From Promethearchaeati archaeon (GTDB lineage Archaea > Asgardarchaeota > Heimdallarchaeia > JABLTI01), in the NCBI GenBank assembly GCA_013166835.1, contig JABLTI010000095.1, forward strand, positions 1 through 10,339: a DNA stretch of 10,339 nt. The letters run 5' to 3'. The notes beneath the pieces were generated by a model that was not told the origin of the DNA, ran no database searches, and was given only the letters and a program-made list of their open reading frames with translations. The stretch's first letter is position 1. The number at the start of each line of letters is the position of its first letter. Positions 7,331 to 10,339 of this stretch are shown piece after piece. Made by a program: the position numbers and the translations under genes.

Positions 7331-7837
7331 TTGAATAAGAAAGTAGATGTGAAAACACCCGACCCATGGACTTTGCGACAGCTTAAGGTTGTTGCAGAAT
7401 ATCAATTCGGGAAAAAATTTGATAAGATTTTAGCTCCAAATGACATATTAGTAACGTTTTCGAAAAACACTGACCGAGTAAGAGAGATAATTTTAAAGGG
7501 AGAACGTCTTGCGACAGTTAGACCAACAGATGGACTATTTTCCATAGGTCTTGCAGGGGCACAAAGAATTATTGATAATACTAAGTTGCCAAAAAGACGT
7601 GTAGTTGTTCAATCTGATATTAGTGAATTTATTGCAGATGGAAGAAATGTCTTTGCAAAACATGTAGTAAAAGTTGATCCAGAAATATTGCCAGAAGATG
7701 AAGTAGTAATTGTTTCTGAAGAAGATAAATTATTAGCAGTTGGTAGAGCTAAACTTTCAGCGGAATATATGCTCGCCTTTCAAAAAGGAATAGCAGTAAA
7801 AGTACGTCATGGAATTAAAAAACAAAAGAAATCATGA
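7331..7837 (+). CDS. Stand-alone PUA-domain protein equivalent to the C-terminal (C2 + PUA) module of archaeosine tRNA-guanine transglycosylase
   Basis: VAEYQFG, SKNTDRVREI, LATVRPTDGLFSIGLAGA, RVVV...FIADGRNVFAKHV, PEDEVVIV...LLAVGRAKLS and GIAVKVRHG. The likely start is TTG 7331 (GGAG at 7318-7321) rather than 7262. Confidence 0.85.
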   Translation: MNKKVDVKTPDPWTLRQLKVVAEYQFGKKFDKILAPNDILVTFSKNTDRVREIILKGERLATVRPTDGLFSIGLAGAQRIIDNTKLPKRRVVVQSDISEFIADGRNVFAKHVVKVDPEILPEDEVVIVSEEDKLLAVGRAKLSAEYMLAFQKGIAVKVRHGIKKQKKS

Positions 7838-8989
7838 TTGAAAAAATTCTGTAATGGTTTTTTGTAAAGGATCTTGTTTTGTAAAATTTGAAACCCTAAC
7901 TGCAACTTTTCTTATTGGTGCATTATTATGTGCATGTTTAACTTCATCTAAAATTTCGTAAACAGTGGTTTTAATTCGCTCTTTATCATCATTCGCTGCT
8001 AAAAATGAGCGACTACGATTAATGTTTTGGAAATTGTCTTGTAAACGTACTGCCAGCGTTACTGTTTTGTATTTGAAATTCTTTTTCACTAATCGATTAT
8101 GAACACTATCTATTAATTTAGGCAAGATTTTTTCTGGTGTTACATGTTCCCCATCATCCATCTGTCCCCAGAAAGTTCTACCATTACTTATGGATTTCGC
8201 TCCATAGGTATTAATTGGTTTTATGATGGTTCGTCCTCTTCCTGAAATAATTCGATAAAAGAACTTCCCTAAATCCCCAAACTTTCTTAGCATTTCCACT
8301 TCATCACCCACTGCTATTATTTGTCCAATGGTTTCGATTCCGTGCCTTCTTTTTAAACTCTCTGTGGTTTTAGGTCCAATACCACTCATTTTTCTTACAG
8401 ATAAAGGTGTTAAAAATTCTATGATTTTTTCAGGAGGAACATATTTGATACCATCAGGTTTTGCTTCTCCAGTAGCTATTTTTGCTATAGTTGTATTCAG
8501 ACCAATTCCTATAGAACTATTGATTTGTTCTGCTTCATAGATTTCTGTTTTCATTTGTTTAGCAAGTGGTAATGGATTACCATCATAATCATTTTCCACT
8601 TCAGAAGTTAAATTAAGATAAGCTTCATCAATTGAGGCTACTCTAATTTCATCAGTATACAATGAAAGAATAGACATAATGTTATCAGAAACATCTCTGT
8701 AAAGAGAATGATGTCGACTAGTACACATTAAATCCGGGCAAAGATCAAGTGCTTTGTTAATAGGCATACCAGCATGTAATCCGAATTTCCTTGCAATATA
8801 ATTACAAGAAGTGACTACTCCACGTCTTGTTTCTCTGTTTCCACCAACAGCAACGGGTTTTCCTGCTAACTCAGGATCCTCTCTTATTTCCACAGCTGCA
8901 AAAAAACAATCTAAATCAACATGAAATAGATATTGTCCTACTCTTTGAGGAGTTTTCTTGGTTACTTTAGGAAGCTGGAGGAAAACCAT
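7832..8989 (-). CDS. dinB: Y-family DNA polymerase IV (DinB) with C-terminal PCNA-interacting PIP box
   Basis: HVDLDCFFAAVE, RRGVVTSCNYIARKFG, SIDEAY, AKIATGEAKPDG, GIGPKT, little-finger KSIS/TVTLAVR/RKVAVRVS, and C-terminal QKTITEFF. Confidence 0.95.
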   Translation of the reverse strand: MVFLQLPKVTKKTPQRVGQYLFHVDLDCFFAAVEIREDPELAGKPVAVGGNRETRRGVVTSCNYIARKFGLHAGMPINKALDLCPDLMCTSRHHSLYRDVSDNIMSILSLYTDEIRVASIDEAYLNLTSEVENDYDGNPLPLAKQMKTEIYEAEQINSSIGIGLNTTIAKIATGEAKPDGIKYVPPEKIIEFLTPLSVRKMSGIGPKTTESLKRRHGIETIGQIIAVGDEVEMLRKFGDLGKFFYRIISGRGRTIIKPINTYGAKSISNGRTFWGQMDDGEHVTPEKILPKLIDSVHNRLVKKNFKYKTVTLAVRLQDNFQNINRSRSFLAANDDKERIKTTVYEILDEVKHAHNNAPIRKVAVRVSNFTKQDPLQKTITEFFQS

Positions 8990-9052
8990 AAGATAGCTGT
9001 TAGTTATTCTGAAAAATAAGTTATATCCAGAGATAGACGAAAGTATTTCTCA

Positions 9053-9826
9053 TCAATCAGGAAAAACTGGTTTACCATAAAACAACTCTGTTTCATATGT
9101 GAATTGTACTTGATCATTCTCTTGATGCTTTTCATATAATGCTTTTAAACCATCCAGTAACAATTGGTAGCCAACCTGATCCTTTTTCGGAGTATAAGAA
9201 GAGGATAATAACCTGCCTTTCAAACCATCAAAATTAAAGATTTGAAAATTATTGCAAACAAATAGAGTTACCTCATCAGTACCAAAAAAATCCTTTGCTG
9301 TTCTAAGATTAATGTATTGATTAGCAATGCCTTCATATTCTGGACAGTATTTTTTTAACAACTGGTTATATTCAGCCATAAAAGGTGTACGATCAATTTT
9401 TCTTGTATTATATACAAGTGCAAGATTTCCTGTTGGTTTTAATATTCGTTTAAATTCCCATTTTGTTTCTTCAAAATTGAACCAATGAAAAGCTTGAGCA
9501 ACGGTTATCAAATCAACACTTCTTCTACCGAGGGTTGTGGCTTCAGCTTGCCCATTAACACTAATATAATTAGGGTACCAACCAAGATTTTTCTCTGCAG
9601 CTTCTCTCATTTCATCATTTGGTTCTACTGCATAAACTGTACAACCAGCCGTCAAGAGTAGTTTAGTAAAAATGCCAGTTCCCGAACCAACATCAGCAAT
9701 AACTGAATCTTCGGATAGCAATTGCTGTTTCTTCATCTCACTAATCAATTCCTTAGGGTAAGTTGGACGATATCTTATATAATTCTCAACTCTATCCGAA
9801 AATCGTTCTGTAGGTTCTCTGGACAA
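9053..9826 (-). CDS. Class I SAM-dependent methyltransferase (Methyltransf_11-like, small-molecule type)
   Basis: FSDRVENYIRYRPTYP, ADVGSGTGIFT, AVEPNDEM, VDLITVAQAFHWF and RILKPTG. TTG start with SD GAGGT upstream. Confidence 0.9.
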   Translation of the reverse strand: MSREPTERFSDRVENYIRYRPTYPKELISEMKKQQLLSEDSVIADVGSGTGIFTKLLLTAGCTVYAVEPNDEMREAAEKNLGWYPNYISVNGQAEATTLGRRSVDLITVAQAFHWFNFEETKWEFKRILKPTGNLALVYNTRKIDRTPFMAEYNQLLKKYCPEYEGIANQYINLRTAKDFFGTDEVTLFVCNNFQIFNFDGLKGRLLSSSYTPKKDQVGYQLLLDGLKALYEKHQENDQVQFTYETELFYGKPVFPD

Positions 9827-9872
9827 GATTATAACCTCAAGGAATCTTTGATTACTAAGTAATTGTTAGAGG

Positions 9873-9890
9873 TGTAAAAAACCTTTTTCT
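9873..9890 (-). promoter_or_regulatory. Putative BRE/TATA promoter for the methyltransferase (and possibly dinB)
   Basis: The minus strand reads AGAAAAAGGTTTTTTACA, with the T-rich box about 50 nt upstream of the TTG start at 9826. Confidence 0.45.
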
Positions 9891-9991
9891 CGAAAAACGA
9901 AGATAGAAAATTTGATTTCCTAAGAATTAATCACACATAATTGAGAGTTTATGTTTAAAATCACCGAATGATAACTTTGAAAATCATCAAA

Positions 9992-10005
9992 TAAAACCTT
10001 AAATA
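9992..10005 (+). promoter_or_regulatory. Putative BRE/TATA promoter for the longin-like gene
   Basis: TAAAACCTTAAATA is a good match to BRE + TTAAATA, about 45 nt upstream of ATG 10047. SD-like GGTGGAG sits just before the ATG. Confidence 0.55.
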
Positions 10006-10046
10006 ACTCATTGTATTATTAAAAATTGGAAATATGTGGTGGAGAT

Positions 10047-10339
10047 ATGCTCATAGAGGGATTCATATCGATAGAAGATAGTGGTATTCCCACTTTTGTA
10101 ATCAAGCAACCTAACGCCAATTGGGATGAGGTGTTACTCTCTGGTTTCCTCTCGAGTATTAATGACTTCTGTAAACTTGCCCTGAATTCTGGAAGTTTAT
10201 CCAACATTCAGTTTCAGGAAAAACAAGTTTTCTTTTCATTCTCCAATAGATTAGAAATTAAATTCGCCTTAATTGCGAAGAACTCAATCCCTAACGATAT
10301 TGCGCAATACTGTTTAAATGAACTACAAGAACAATATAC
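10047..10339 (+). CDS. Longin-like domain protein (Asgard-type), 3' end runs off the window
   Basis: Not in the ORF track. Manual translation is open to the window end: MLIEGFISIEDSGIPTFVIKQPNANWDEVLLSGFLSSINDFCKLALNSGSLSNIQFQEKQVFFSFSNRLEIKFALIAKNSIPNDIAQYCLNELQEQY. The predicted beta-beta-alpha-beta-beta-beta-alpha pattern, with SGIP and D..LLSGFLS.I..F, is typical of Asgard longin-fold proteins. Confidence 0.72.
   Translation, partial: MLIEGFISIEDSGIPTFVIKQPNANWDEVLLSGFLSSINDFCKLALNSGSLSNIQFQEKQVFFSFSNRLEIKFALIAKNSIPNDIAQYCLNELQEQY

Noticed and set aside
8328-8540. Plus-strand 70-aa hydrophobic ORF
   Set aside because: Antisense to dinB; its hydrophobicity is a by-product of Lys/Glu-rich codons on the coding strand.
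9968-9987. Inverted repeat ATGAT-N10-ATCAT upstream of the longin-like promoter
   Set aside because: Only 5-bp AT-rich arms, expected by chance at this base composition, and no second copy noticed.
10019-10207. Minus-strand 62-aa ORF in the track
   Set aside because: Shadow of the plus-strand longin-like gene, which has the promoter, SD and recognisable fold pattern.
1-10339. CRISPR array, tRNA/rRNA genes, IS/integrase or defence island
   Set aside because: The intergenic gaps are short (largest about 220 nt) and AT-rich, with no repeat-spacer periodicity, cloverleaf or terminal inverted repeats. No ORF resembles a transposase, integrase or nuclease.

Overview
AT-rich, gene-dense archaeal chromosomal window, most likely from an Asgard archaeon. 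That is an inference from a longin-like ORF at the right edge together with archaeal BRE/TATA promoters, Taw2, a PIP-box DinB and Mch. Left to right: a partial, motif-divergent methenyl-H4MPT cyclohydrolase (missed by the ORF track) directly downstream of a UDP-glucose/GDP-mannose dehydrogenase (both minus strand); a plus-strand SAM methyltransferase, a small TPR protein and an uncharacterised three-TM membrane protein; a tRNA-centred run (methanogen-type zinc SerRS, hydrogenase maturation protease, Taw2, stand-alone ArcTGT C2/PUA protein); a convergent methyltransferase and DinB pair; and the 5' part of a longin-like gene (also missed by the ORF track). I saw no RNA genes, CRISPR array or mobile element, and I cannot demonstrate a complete novel system. 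The best leads are the divergent Mch, the type-2 SerRS, the membrane protein with a probably cytoplasmic Ig-like domain, the longin-like ORF and a palindromic operator-like site upstream of the methyltransferase-dinB pair. All family assignments come from motif recognition against remembered consensus sequences, not from database searches.
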